Source: Spizellomyces punctatus DAOM BR117
Taxonomy: Eukaryota
Strand: one strand, 5' to 3'
Assembly: GCA_000182565.2 (NCBI GenBank)
Contig: KQ257471.1
DNA: 52,598 nt
In this document: positions 25,265-37,800 of the stretch, one piece after another
Layout: each line of letters begins with the position of its first letter
Position numbering within the stretch: the first letter of the stretch is position 1
The notes under the pieces: model-generated
Database searches by the model: none
What the model saw: the letters and a program-made list of their open reading frames with translations, nothing else
What the model was told of the DNA's origin: nothing
Position numbers and translations under genes: made by a program

Positions 25265-27320
25265 ATGCTCAGCAGTAAGTCCTCCAGGGGAAGGTTCAAA
25301 CGACCTGAATTTCGTAGTGCACCAGCCTCCGTTGGGCCCGAGCAAGTCCTAAGGAAGCTGGTAGCTCAATCACGAACTTCCGGGCGTTTAAATCTTTCTA
25401 ACCGGTCTCTGACGGCAATTCCCAATGCTCTTTGGGATGATGTTGCGGAGAGCACGCAAAAGGTGGACCTTTCCTTTGATAGACGCGAGGCGACTGACGC
25501 TAATTGGTGGGAAGTAAGTAACACTCAGTCATGGCAAAAGGTTTGGGGGCTGAAGCTCATCAGCAACTTCTAGGTGGTGGATTTGACGAGGCTTATCATA
25601 GCTGACAACATGTTGGAAGATTTGGACCCGCGGGTTGGAATGCTTCATGGATTGACAGTCCTGGATGTTCGTTGGTTCTTTCACTTCAATCGTCAGGTTC
25701 CCTCGCAGGTTGTTGAAGTTATCTCCATTTTGATCCAGATTCATAACAACGTAATATCGCGGCTTCCTGAAGAGATTGGGGCACTAATAAATCTTTCGAT
25801 TCTGAATGTTTCCGGCAATAGCCTCACGTCCCTGCCAGCGGGTGTATTCGCCTTGCCTATCATCGATCTGAACCTAGCAAACAACAAATTCTCGGAACTT
25901 CCGGCGTCCATTGGCGACTTTAAGCGGCTGAAAACGCTCGATGTCTCCAACAACAAGTTGACATCCCTTCCAACGTCTTTGAATCAGTTGACGACCTTGA
26001 CTACTCTCAACCTCTCTAGGAACGAACTTGACCTGCTAGGCGACTTCAGCAGTCTAGTCCATCTTAGCGATCTAGAAGTGACTGATAACAGGCTGACTCG
26101 GCTCTTTCCTGCGACTGAAAGCAGCGTGACGCTCCTGCAGTCCTTGCTGCGCCTTGATCTTCGTCGTAACCAGCTCACTTCGCTCGCTCCAGCGGGGGAA
26201 ATCATCAAATTCCCTGCATTACGTGAACTCTATGTTTCCCAAAATACTATAACAAAGTTGGGCGTTGGAATTCTGGCAGAAGCACCCCATCTCCAGATTC
26301 TGGATGTTGGGTACAATAAGCTGACAGAGTTTCCAATGGAAATCCTAGGCTTGAAGGAGCTGAAGCGTTTGGACATTACCAACAACTCGATTGGAAAGTT
26401 ACCGCCAGAGCTGGGTCTATTGGAGGGTATCAATGCTTTTCTATTTACTGGAAACCCTTTGCGTGGAGTGCCGCTCGGGTCGACGTCGAAGATTCTGAGT
26501 ACTTTGAGGGATAAGATCGCAGGTACGACGTCAATTGGAGCTACATTCCGTTTCCACGGCTAATCATGTCACATAGACGCGCCATCTCCCGCCATACAAT
26601 CGCACGCGAGCCCGCCAGGAAGTCCCGGCAGAAGGGCTATACCTCCATCTACCCAAGAGGCGGCCTCCCGCACAGTAGATCTCTCTCAGCGTTCTTTGGG
26701 TCAATTGGATTCTTCGTGTTTCAGTGACCTATCTTGGACTCCTTCCAAACTCATTCTGCATCACAATGCGTTTACCAGAATTCCCGAAGCTGTGTACGAT
26801 TTAGCGCACGGATTAACAACACTTGTACTGAACCACAACCAAATTACAGAGTTCCCCGTGAAAAGCCTTCCTAATTTACAAATCCTGAACTTGTCGTCTA
26901 ATTTCCTTACCTCGCTTCCGTCCTCTCCCGATTTTCCTGCACTGCGCGAGCTCAACGTTAACCATAATCGTATCGCAAGTTTGCCGCCCAGGTTGCCGTT
27001 TCCTCAGCTTGAGACATTTCTCGTTTCAGCAAATGTGATAGACCGGATTGACCCCAATACCTTTCGAAACCTCCAACACTTACACATCCTGGAACTAGCC
27101 GATAACAATATAGCACACATTCCACCTGAGCTAGGGTTGTGCACTGGCCTGCGGATTCTAACGCTTGGGGGGAATCCTTTCAGGGTACCTCGCAGACAGA
27201 TTCTCGATAAAGGTACACATTGAAATCGAATTGCAATTTAGTCGCATCAATATAACTCGTCGTTGGAATTTAGGGACGGATGCCATTCTCGCATATTTGA
27301 GAGACCGTATTCCGACGTGA
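25265..27320 (+). CDS. Leucine-rich repeat protein, LRRC40-like (multi-exon)
   Basis: SRTSGRLNLSNRSLTAIP...NWWE/VVDLTRLIIADN, many LxxLxLxxNxL repeats, LGGNPFRVPRRQILDKG/TDAILAYLRDRIPT*. Confidence 0.88.
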
Positions 27321-27699
27321 TCAACCGATCGATGAAATCTACTGAGACTGTATTCTCATTAGCATTTTCCCGCGTACAGAATGGGTCAGACTTCCCAGTA
27401 GGATTTTCTTGGGGTGGTGGGGATGTGTAAATGATGACTTGAAGAGGAATGCGACCAAAAAATCTGTATAAAAGGGTTGATAGCGTACATAGTAACCACA
27501 GTTATTTATTTTGTTGGAGTTAAACTAGTTAGGATACTTTTAGGGTGGTTGTCATCAAAACATCTACTAGATATGTGTCGATACTGGTGCTTTGCAAGCT
27601 ATAGCCTACCAGGGCCTCCTCGACCCGACCGTTAGTGTCTAAAATATCAATGTACAGCTATCTGTTGCATCACTTGAATGCCCATGAATGAAGTCTATG

Positions 27700-28720
27700 G
27701 GTTCTTAAATCTGCCGACATTGCCTTCCCGACTTCCGAATCGAATCGACACTCTTGATTTCCACACTTGTGAATCTGGGGATTGTTTTGTCGAGTGCCTC
27801 TGCGATGCCAATTGTGCGAACGCACTTTCCACACTTGCCACAGTAGGCTTGGTCATCGATGATCAACTAGAGGTGGGAGCCATCATATTGGAGGTTGACC
27901 TCCACAGTTCTCTGTAGATCACTTGGCCGTCGTGCGGCCATCGTGCACGTTTTCGCATGCAGAGAGTACAGCGAAAGAAGCCATGATGGACAATGTAAGA
28001 TAAACCGTATGGACAGAGGTATGAAAATTAAGGAACGATGCTCAGCTGATTACATTGAAAGATCTGGTGCAATTGGAGCAATATAAAGCCCACCACAGCA
28101 TGCCCTATGACACTCAAGCGACTATCCAAGAAACCATGGCGAATTTCAAAACTGAACAGAACACTTACGAGAGATGTCCCAACAAGGGTCACGAAATACA
28201 AGCTAGAGGTCCAAATCATCAGTGGAAAAGACTCAAAGTGTCTGGAGCCAAATGGTTAACATGAGTCCTAAAATTGATTTCGCTGGCTAGGCCCTGACCT
28301 TTACTCGAAAGCTCGTCGGCTGCATTTCTTGATTTCTGTGAGGCAACCACAAAGAGGAAACGTGCGGACGGTTTCACATACCTGTATTTTCAGTGCGGAA
28401 AAGACAAAGGAGGTCGAGTGTTTATAAATCGTTCTTATTCTCTGGATGATTACTGGTACTTTATCATACACTACAATGCAAAGGCCACAGGAGCACCATT
28501 CTGACCAGAGGTCTTGGATGACATATTCTTTAAGGCCATAGCTCTGTTGCAGAGCGAGTAAACGCGCAGATTGGACAGTCTCACCCATTCTCATCGGAAA
28601 CGTGCCGTGGGGCAAACATGTGCTCAATAGCTTGTCGATCCAGGGCACTGTGGACCTTTTTCGATGTCCGCCAATGATCATCTTTTGACGATGTCTATCC
28701 AGCTTCCACAAAAATCTTGT
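27700..28720 (-). pseudogene. Possible decayed gene of unknown family
   Basis: Minus-strand frame EVNLQYDGSHL*LIIDDQAYCGKCGKCVRTIGIAEAL has an internal stop; further short coding-like fragments at 28301-28711; no recognisable domain. Confidence 0.25.
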
Positions 28721-29104
28721 CTTACTTCAGCATCGGAAAGACAAAACTGCTAGCGGGGTTCCTAAACATAAACGAGAGTGGAAGGATAAAAATGAGGAAA
28801 GGACGAGATGCCAGAGCAAGAGAGAACAAGATCAGGCAAGTGTTTTAATGTATGTCAGTCACCTCGTGGGCTATTATGGCGTGCCCCGAGTTGATGATGG
28901 CAGGGAGGGTGCACGACCGAATTCTGCATGAAAGCTTCCTCCGAAGGAAGATTCAGTACATGTGAACATCACCCTACGGTATAGAACGTTTACGTTGCAC
29001 AGGACGACACGCAAGGCAATGATACGGATGCATTTGATCATGCTTTCCGTCAACATCTATTCGTCACGACCGTAGGATACCTAGGACATCATCTGAACCA
29101 CATA

Positions 29105-29813
29105 GTGTGGAGGCGATTGAAAATGGCACTAGGACCCATTATTATCCGGAGTAATCCGGTTAATCATATCGCATAATCAGCACCCCCATCTATCGCTCAA
29201 AGCGGTGTGGCATGCATGTAATGTTTTTTTTTTAAACTGCGGTGAGGCGCATGCCAAAGGTCTATAAAAGGGGACCTGCTCCCTCTTTCCTCTTTACCCA
29301 TCCTCGACTCTCAAACCATCTGCACAACGCTCATCGTGACCCACATTGCAACTCTCATCGCAAGTCCATCATGAGAATGCAGATGTGGTGGTGCCGAGGA
29401 CCTCGCCCTCCCGATGACTACAACCAACTGGAACCAGCGCAGCCTCGGAACCAACAAAGCTGTTATTATGCTGCCACATTAGTTGAGCTTGGTTGGTATG
29501 TACCAATGGCATCATTTCATTCTGTCATTCATCTTGCTGACATGCAGTTTTTAGTCTCCAAGCCTTGTCACTGAACATCCTCCAGCTTGCGAGTCTCCCC
29601 AATGTTGTGAAGACTCTGGCTTCAATGCCATCAAGAGTTCTGGATCAAGGCCTAGTAGGGACCGCGTGTGGTGGTGGGCAGTTATCCGGTTAGAACCAAC
29701 CGTTACGTATTGCGTGTATAATTGCCTAGTAGTAGCTTAGCTTTTCCGAACCAGTTGTCGCTGGTTTATTCCCTGGTGTAGTAGCTAGTGCCAGTTTCTG
29801 TCACCTAATACAC
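29105..29813 (+). mobile_element. Non-autonomous TIR element, Fanzor 'ghost'-like, copy C (most intact)
   Basis: CATA at 29101-29104 immediately 5'; TA on both sides (29103-29104, 29814-29815); imperfect TIRs gtgtggaggcgattgaaaatggcactag / ctagtgccagtttctgtcacctaatacac; homologous to 3732-4600; no transposase or nuclease ORF. Confidence 0.9.
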
Positions 29814-29830
29814 TAAGCATGCCTATTGGA
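29740..29830 (+). ncRNA. Putative Fanzor omegaRNA of copy C (scaffold 29740-29815, 76 nt; predicted guide agcatgcctattgga)
   Basis: gcttttccg-aaccag-ttgtcg-ctggtt-tattccc-tggtgta...tacacta: perfect 6-bp hairpin plus a 7-bp closing stem; resembles the SpuFz1 omegaRNA as recalled. Confidence 0.78.
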
Positions 29831-29990
29831 CGTGCAGGTCGAGTATTTGTTGCAAATGGACCACAATTGAGCACATGGCACATTCGAACCAAAACCTTAT
29901 CAAAGTTTTCCGATCGTGCTATGACTCATTTGGAAGGCCCGTCAGATTGTTGCGGCCATTCTCGACTATCTTCTTGGATGGCGATTAAAA

Positions 29991-32148
29991 ATGTCACTTC
30001 ACGACAACAATAGATCCCTTTCTCCCACTAGGCAACGAGCAGACAGTCCTTCGCGTCAACCACAACAGCGTATACAAAATGATAGAGAAAGAGAGCAGCA
30101 GCGAATAGGCACTCGGGCGCTTATTGGACGGCACTCAAAAGATCGGAACCTGAGCATCTTCCTGGAGGAAAGGAAAATTGTATCTGAGGATGGAGCAAGA
30201 TGGCCGCACCTTGCAGGGTTGGTGACTGTAGATCCTGTAGGTGCTAGGGGACTCCTTCTGGAAAAATATGGTGAGATTCTGCTACTACTATTAATTTCTT
30301 TCGCCGCGAGTGTAATCTGCCTTAACCTGGCTTAACCTTGGTGATGCGGACAGTTCCCTACGCAGAAGTGCAATGCATTCTTTTGTACCGGACGGCGCTG
30401 GGCGCCGTGATAGAAAGGGTTGTCTATAACCGGACAAGCCAATTGCGGGAATTGCCATCAAATGCGGATAGTTCGTCGGCTACCACATGGGAGGGCACTC
30501 AACCGGGGCGTCGAAGATATCCATTTTTCTTCGACTTCGGAAATGATGCGCTACCTCCCTCATTTTGTTTTGATCCAACGGACCTCCATGAAGGTGTTCC
30601 GATTGGACTTCATTGGGAAGTTATGGGCTTCTTGGGACAAAAGGTCATGGTCACCGAAGACGGGATGGCTTCCTTGAGTATGGATAGCGCTGGAAATATG
30701 TTGCAAGGAGCGTCGTATACGTTTCGAAGACAGTCGCTGGTAACACTCAACTTCCATGTGGAGCACCGGCACACTCTTTCGGGACTAGCCCTACCACCAA
30801 TGACATCCACTCAAACGCTTCGCCCATCCCTATTTTCATTTGGACGATCATCGCAACCTGAGACAACCGTCACTGCTACTCTTGAGCGTCCGCTATGCAG
30901 TTCCGAAGCACCTTTGAAAGTGAATGTTGAGCTTACCAAGCTCCACAAATCTCACCGTGTCCAGCGAATTCGTCTCGTTGCCAAACAAATCATTACTATC
31001 CGCCTACCTACCCAACAGCAGTTACAGTACAAAGCAAATATCGCTGTAGCGGAGGATACTCCTGCTCCACGGTACGACCCGTCAAGCAATAACGAGTTCA
31101 ACGGTGTTTATGCGTTGCATGTTGGCCGAGGGATCCCAGAGAAACCGAAGAAAGGCAAAAGTCCGGCGCGGGTGATACCGTTGGATTGGTTTAAGAATCC
31201 CGTGCCGTTATCCGCGGCAAAGGAATTTGTTGCGTCTACTCCTCCGGTGAAGTCCTTCGATGACGCTTGGGGCCTCGAGGTCAAGTACGTTTTGAAAGTG
31301 GAGGTATCCCTCTCCGACTCGAGCGGGACGTTCGGAACTAGGGAACGTGAGTTGGAAGTGTCTTTGCCGTTCATACTGACCGGGGTTCCAGAGGGTGAGT
31401 TTTCTTGCTGAACTTTGTGGGAGCGGATATTAATTGGTGTCTCCTCTTAGACGAGGCTCCAGCGGCAGCTGCGATTGTATCACCATCCCGTCGTTCCTCA
31501 ACTTCAGAAGATACTGTACCCACCGCACCCGACGCGCTACTTCCCTTACTTTCCGAAACCTTGGATGATCTTGAGCAATCTACGGCAGATGTAGCGATTT
31601 TGCGCCAGGAATGGCGAAGCTTACGCAGTGAATCGACAAATTGCACTAGGTCTTCGGACCATGCCCACGAGATACTTGATATTCTGGGGATGCTAACCAG
31701 GCAACTTAAAGTTTTTGCGGAAAGTTACTCTGTTAGTGACGGTGCGGTCCGTTGGCCCAAAAACCCGGTTCCCTTCAATATGCTCGTGCTCGAAACAGAG
31801 CTACTAGCTCGAGCTGCACCGGATGAGTTGACAGTTGAGGCTCAAGACACCGCGGGACGCACTGGTGGAGCTGCCGAAAACAGTGTATCCGTGGTGGACG
31901 CTGTCTTGAAGGCCACCGATGCCTTCTTTTCCGCCGGTAAATCAGTCGTTCTTGCGTGGATCGCCTCACGTGGCGGAACCCACGACGCTGCAGAATCTGA
32001 AGAATTTTCAAGAAAGGTCGATACTCTCGAAAATGCAATAAACAGCTTGAAGAGGGGATTGGAAGCGATTGTCGCAGGGGCCGATCAGGAGTTTGTGCAG
32101 GCTGAAGATTTAGACAAAGATAGGGAAACCTCAGCTTTGGAAGCGTAA
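29991..32148 (+). CDS. Arrestin of the beta/visual type with a C-terminal helical extension (multi-exon)
   Basis: HSKDRNLSIFLEERKIV...GLVTVDP, RYPFFFDFGNDALPPS...GLHWEVMGF, VTATLERPLCSSEAPLKVNVEL...[31 protein letters not shown]. Confidence 0.75.
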
Positions 32149-32785
32149 ACCACTTAATAAAACTCTTGTCAAAATTACAATTGAGTGCTTAGCATCTGGC
32201 GACGTCTTGACACGTCATGCTAACCAGTTGAACTATTTGTTGAGAAATTCTGTAGGATCGGTCCTTTGTTGCTAATTCCACTACAGTTCCCTTAAGACAA
32301 TCGGAGATCCTGATGCCTGTTGACTTTGGAAAGCCGACATATATAGTACCTGACCTGTCCACGTTAGTGTGGGAAGATGCTGCAGCAAGAAAACCATATA
32401 TCCCTATTTGTTTGGACATAGAAACGAAATCCACAACGACCAACTCAAAGCTTCGTATTCTCTCTCTGGGAAGATTTATTAACAACGCTGCGCTTCCGTC
32501 TGGTTTTGCAAGGTAGGTTCCTCAAGATCCCTGCATATCCTGCGCAGCTGTAACGTCTCTTTGCACAACTAGCTCTTGTACCATTCTTGGATTTGAATGC
32601 ACATCCCTCGTTGAAAGAGATAAAGTGCATATGATAATTAGGAACGAACCCGCACGAATAATTGTTCGGAATACGGTGACAGGTGAGCAATTGCATGGCT
32701 CGACATACTGTGCATTCGTTCATTCTGTTCGCATCAAGAGGCGTGGAGGGCTGTGCTTGAAATTTTAAAGGAAAAGGGCGAAGCA

Positions 32786-34334
32786 ATGAGAGAATTGTAT
32801 CAGATGGACATACAATCATGGGATTGGACCATCCTTATGTTGTGCAGCTACTGGAGCAAATGTCGGAGGTCGATGTCGCTGTTTCAGGTAGGAATTATAA
32901 CCACTGACCTTTGGGGCAAAGGCACTAAACCCTTCTTAAGGCTCGCATCAGCGTAAAACCAAGATGAAGAGCATACGCGAAGATCCAGCGCTAATTGCCA
33001 CCAAAATGGTTTCGAGTAACGTAGGGGGAGCAGGCCAGAAATGTAATCTTCTGCCTGATGAGCGATCCTTGTCCAGCCTGAGTTTCGCTGAAGAGAAATC
33101 GAGAATACTCGCACAGCCCGTTTGGTTGAGTACAACGACTGCAGTCATTGCCCTCGGCCGGTTTATGTCCCGTGCAGATGCCTACCCAACTGGATACCAA
33201 ATGTGGGCGTCTTTTTTGAGACTAATCGAGTTGGCAACTTCTGAAGCTTTGCTACAGACTCAAACGAGCGGAAGAACAGATTTACGTACTCACTGCCATA
33301 GGAAGCCGAGAATTTCAAGCCAGATCAACAACAGAAGTTATCTGCACCGAGAAGTCACCATTGTCCGTTGTCGTCGCTGCCGACCCAAATACACCACTAA
33401 TAAGATAATTTTTTTTGGCATAGATTAACCTTGAAACGTCTTCAGAATGTGTCGGTATGGTTGCCGTTCTGATGCAAAGTCATTTCCTTGTTCAGCGTTA
33501 GACGGTCGCTCTTGTAGGACTTTTTCGCAGGGGCCCTTACTGAAACACATGCGGCCGTGAGTTCTTAAGGTGTGCTGCGTTTAGTGGCTACCCTTATGCG
33601 GAAATCTTGCCAAGCAGGAGCAGTGGGGTTTCGTCGACGAACGTGTCCGACGATGGTTCGCCGATATGAGAAACGTTGTCAGCGATCCGGAGACACTGCC
33701 CTCAATTACACTCGGGGAAAACTGCTCTGGTCATTATCATGTAGCCACGATTGATGGACCCAGGTATAAGCGAGATACGGTAACCGCAGAGTTTACTTCT
33801 GTATCCGAACTCGCGGGGTTAGATATCTTTGCACCAACCTTCATCCGTACATTGGAAATGCCCTTGGAAAACTTTACCGATTTGAGCGTTTCCGACCGGT
33901 GCGAAGATGGGCAATATGATATAGACGTGGAATCTGAATTCGGCAAGGCGGATGTTGAGCAGCCGGACAATATTCGGCATTCCCTCACGCCCTGCCCAGA
34001 GTTGGACGTGAAACCCATAGAGCCAGATGGCCATCAGGTTCTCGAACGAGCACAGTCTGTCATGTCTGTTGTAACCGATACATTGCGTGAAGCAGGCAGC
34101 AGGTTAGCTTTGTTACATGAACAACAGAAGGGCCTTGCTTCTCTGTTGCCACCCGTGATCAGACAGCGTCTTGTGAAACGTGATTGGGATGCAAAAGCAT
34201 TACGAGTGAAAAGGAGTTACGACCAGCGAGAGAAGTTAATGGTAAAAGAGTTAAAGCGACTGCAGTCTCAAATTTCCGATGCAGAGAATATGATGGCAAT
34301 TGCCAGGAAAAAGAGGCGAGCCTTGATAGAGTGA
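32786..34334 (+). CDS. Hypothetical protein, multi-exon, with C-terminal coiled coil; 5' structure uncertain
   Basis: 222-aa ORF 33666-34334 ending in a heptad-rich basic helix; upstream coding-like segments with splice signals. Confidence 0.4.
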
Positions 34335-34876
34335 GTCTTAGAAGTCCCAACTATCTCTTTCACTCGTAACATATCCTTCTGCTAGAGGACTCGAGGAAAC
34401 ACTAGCGGCAGTTGTGGCGATGGACTGACATTCCATAGTCGCGTAGAGATCAATCGGCTCCTATTACTAAGTGTGATTTGACAATGAGGACCTTATATTG
34501 AGTACACGTAATTACTATAGATACTCCTATTGATTTGTGTAAAGTACGGCGGGTGGCTGTCGCGCAAATATATACTGTGGTAGTCTAACGTCCAATACTC
34601 CTAAAGATCGCTTACTTTCTTGATACACTCATTTGGCATCCGATCCAGTAAATCAGCAATACTATATGAAATTGTTCTGGTCCTCAGCTTTTAGCGATGC
34701 TTATGTTCGTAGGTCCAGCTCACCACAAAAATTAACGAGTTTGTTCAAGTAAATAGTAAATAGTTGATTTTGCTACATTATGACTTCGGCTACTGAAATC
34801 CAAGATCGTCGCACTGAGGGATTGAGTATATTATCTACAGAAAAAGCCAGTGTCTAGCGATAAATAAAATAAGTAA

Positions 34877-37800
34877 TTATATGGCGGTGTTCATTCCGTT
34901 AGCAAAGGATTGCGGGACTGCGAGAGACTGATTTTGCTCAAAATTATTTCCGGCCGTCAGTACTGGCGCCGCTACTTCCGGTGCTTTATGCTGCGGAGGA
35001 GTTGCATAGCGTATCCCAAGTTCGAGCAGATTCTTCTTCAGGGCAAACATGAACTGTTTTAAGCAGTTAGTGAGGGGTTGTGCAATCGGAATGCGAAATT
35101 TCACACAGACCATAGTTCTCCTATTCCATCGCTTGGATCCATCTTGCCTATTTCCACAAGAACCTGTCAGCGACCCGTTATCTTTCAATTTTCATTGTCG
35201 TCCTCACCAGTTGCCCTTATGCTTCAAAATGACGTTAACTTTTAATTTATTCAGGTTTTCAATCTCTGATATGTGGATATCGCAAACTCCCTGGAATTCT
35301 CGGGGCTCTGATTTGACAAAGTCGATCATTCGCTCCTTCAGCGCTCGTAATTTCTCTTCAGGAGTGTCGAAATCTGAGTGGTAGCATAAGTATTCAGCGA
35401 AATGGTTCGCCTGGGGATGACGGAATACTTACTGAGTTGAAGCTCGATACTTTCGGACTAAACAAGGGAAATTTCAGCGAAGAAACTATCACGGCTGATA
35501 CATCGGACCCTCATTAGGAGCGTACCTGATCACCCGACCTCCGGAGATTGTGAATTAACTTGGACGCCACTAAAGCTGCAACCATAATCACTGGTATCGG
35601 TAGGTGTCCAATACGACGATGATTGCTGTCCAGACATACTATTTGGCGCATATATAAGTTGTCCATCCAACCTCTTGAAAACCGTAGTTAAAACTCCAAC
35701 CTCCTCAACGAGCAGATTTTGATTGTCAATAACGACTCGGTCACCTTACGTTCTATGAGTTGTGTGATTTTGCCAGCGAGCTGGAATTGAATAGATCTGC
35801 TTACCAGCGTCATACGGATGTGTCAAAAAGAGAAACAGAAGTGACTCAAATGCCGTACGGGCTGCCGTCCCTACAAACAAGCACGTCAGTGGCAGAAAAA
35901 ACGGTGCTGTGTAGCGATCGGGAAAGTTACCAAATACAAAACTAAGAGCCAAAATGAAACTTGTAAACGGTAGCATTGCGGTGAGTGATATTCCGAAAAT
36001 CGGCAGTGCTATGCAGAAGGTAACAAAGCTTGTTACAAAATAGAAAAACCTGACAGGTCCAACACGAAGTTACTCGACCGGATCAAGTGCTTATCCTAAC
36101 ACAGCGCGATACCTACGTGTTCAGTTTCCCAAGTGCTTGCGACAAATCTCGCATCGCTCGGAACAATCGACGGCGTTCGCGATACATCCCAATGACGACC
36201 TCTTTGACCTCCTTGCGCGTAATAGATCCGTTCCCATCTTGATCGAGAGCAGCAAAGGCATCTGCAGCCTCAGTGGGGCTTGAGAAGGTGCTATGTATAG
36301 ACTAAATGTGAGAAGGCCTAGCTGGAGTCAACCCAGTATGGTCCAAAACTGATTCTCTTACCATACTAAGTCATCTAGAGTCAAGTACCCCTTTTCATTG
36401 CCACCAAGGCCGATGAAAATCTTTTTCGCTAGTTTTCCTGCTTGGATATTGCTTGTGATGTCCATTCTTGCCAGTTCTCTAATATATTTATGTCCATGAA
36501 AAGTGGGTGGATTCATAATGCTGTTCAGCGTATTGGAGGTATCTGGTGAATGTAGTGACTCAGGAACCCCTTGCTCGATGGGTTGATGAACAGAAGATGC
36601 ACGAGACCTAGGTCTAAGAAGAGACGGAAGTCTCGTCGAATGGCGACTATGACGACCAAGGTCCGTTGCGTCCAACATCTTTGATGGTGTCATAGCTGGA
36701 GATCGTGGGGCAGATCTTGGCGTTGGGTTTCTCACGCTGGAGCTTGATAATCGCCTCATTGTCCCTGATTGTTCTACGGTCGTGGTTTGCCCCAAGTCGT
36801 AAACCTGTGGCGCTGTGATGAGCTCGTTGGATGCAAGCGCCGATGACTTGACCACTTCCTCTTCCTCAGCATGCTGTCCAATGACATCAAATGTTGTATT
36901 AAGCTTCGCGAGCCCCACGTCTGATGTCTCATCGGAAGTCTCTATCATTTCCATCGCCGAGCTGGCGTCCTCGGTAGTAGAAGAGCCAGTACGACGTCTA
37001 GATACTACCATCTTCCAGAACCCTGATCTTCGTGTCCTCTTTCTAGGCGACTGATCAACTGCAGGTAGTGTGTCGGTTCTTTCGCCCCGGGTATTGTCCT
37101 CCTCCAGCACCCCCTGAGAACGTCCCTTGGCGGTGTTAAGCTCCGCAGGAACAAAGAATTCGGCAAAGGTGCGACTTTTGATGGACTTTTTAAGATTGTC
37201 CAGAACTATGAAGTAAGGAATTTCCATGGAGTCAGCTGCTGTCTTATTTCAATCTTACAGTTCAACTTTGAGTACATTCACTTACTTCTCATGTGATGCT
37301 TCGATTCTGCAATGCGATCCCGGTATGCGACTCTGCAGCAGATGAAATTGAACCAGATGAGCATTAATGCCTGTCAAACGTAACGCGAAACCTTTACCTA
37401 TGGAAATTAACCGCTAATGGGGCCAGTGAACGTAAATTGAGCATCTAATGCTGTGAAAAATTGGCATGGTCACATCGTACTTACCAATAATCTGCAACAC
37501 AAGTTTGTGCACCAGGAGGCAGATCGCAAACACCATTCCCGTCACCAAAACATGAAAGACTGTCTCCCAATAATCCACCTGCTGCATTTGGTTGAATAGT
37601 AGAGCATAGGACACGACGGTCAAAATTGCCCAGCAGGTAATGGTTAGGAAAAGCTTCACTGCGACCATGTACTACAATTTAAAGGTAAGCCAACGTGCAT
37701 GACATGCAACGACATATCGAAATTACCTCTAATCGAGCACGAGCACGCTCACTGTATCCACCAAACAGCTTGCTCAGAAATACTACGATGAGGTAGGGTA

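Noticed and set aside
27700-28720. Possible Fanzor/TnpB ORF remnant next to ghost copy C
   Set aside because: CxxC-like motifs are present, but no RuvC motifs (D-G, E, RDxN) were found; the fragments lie outside the TIRs and on the opposite strand
29103-29815. CACTA (En/Spm) transposon
   Set aside because: Termini read TAGTG...CACTA, the reverse of CACTA...TAGTG, and there is no 3-bp TSD; better explained as TA plus GTGT...ACAC ends
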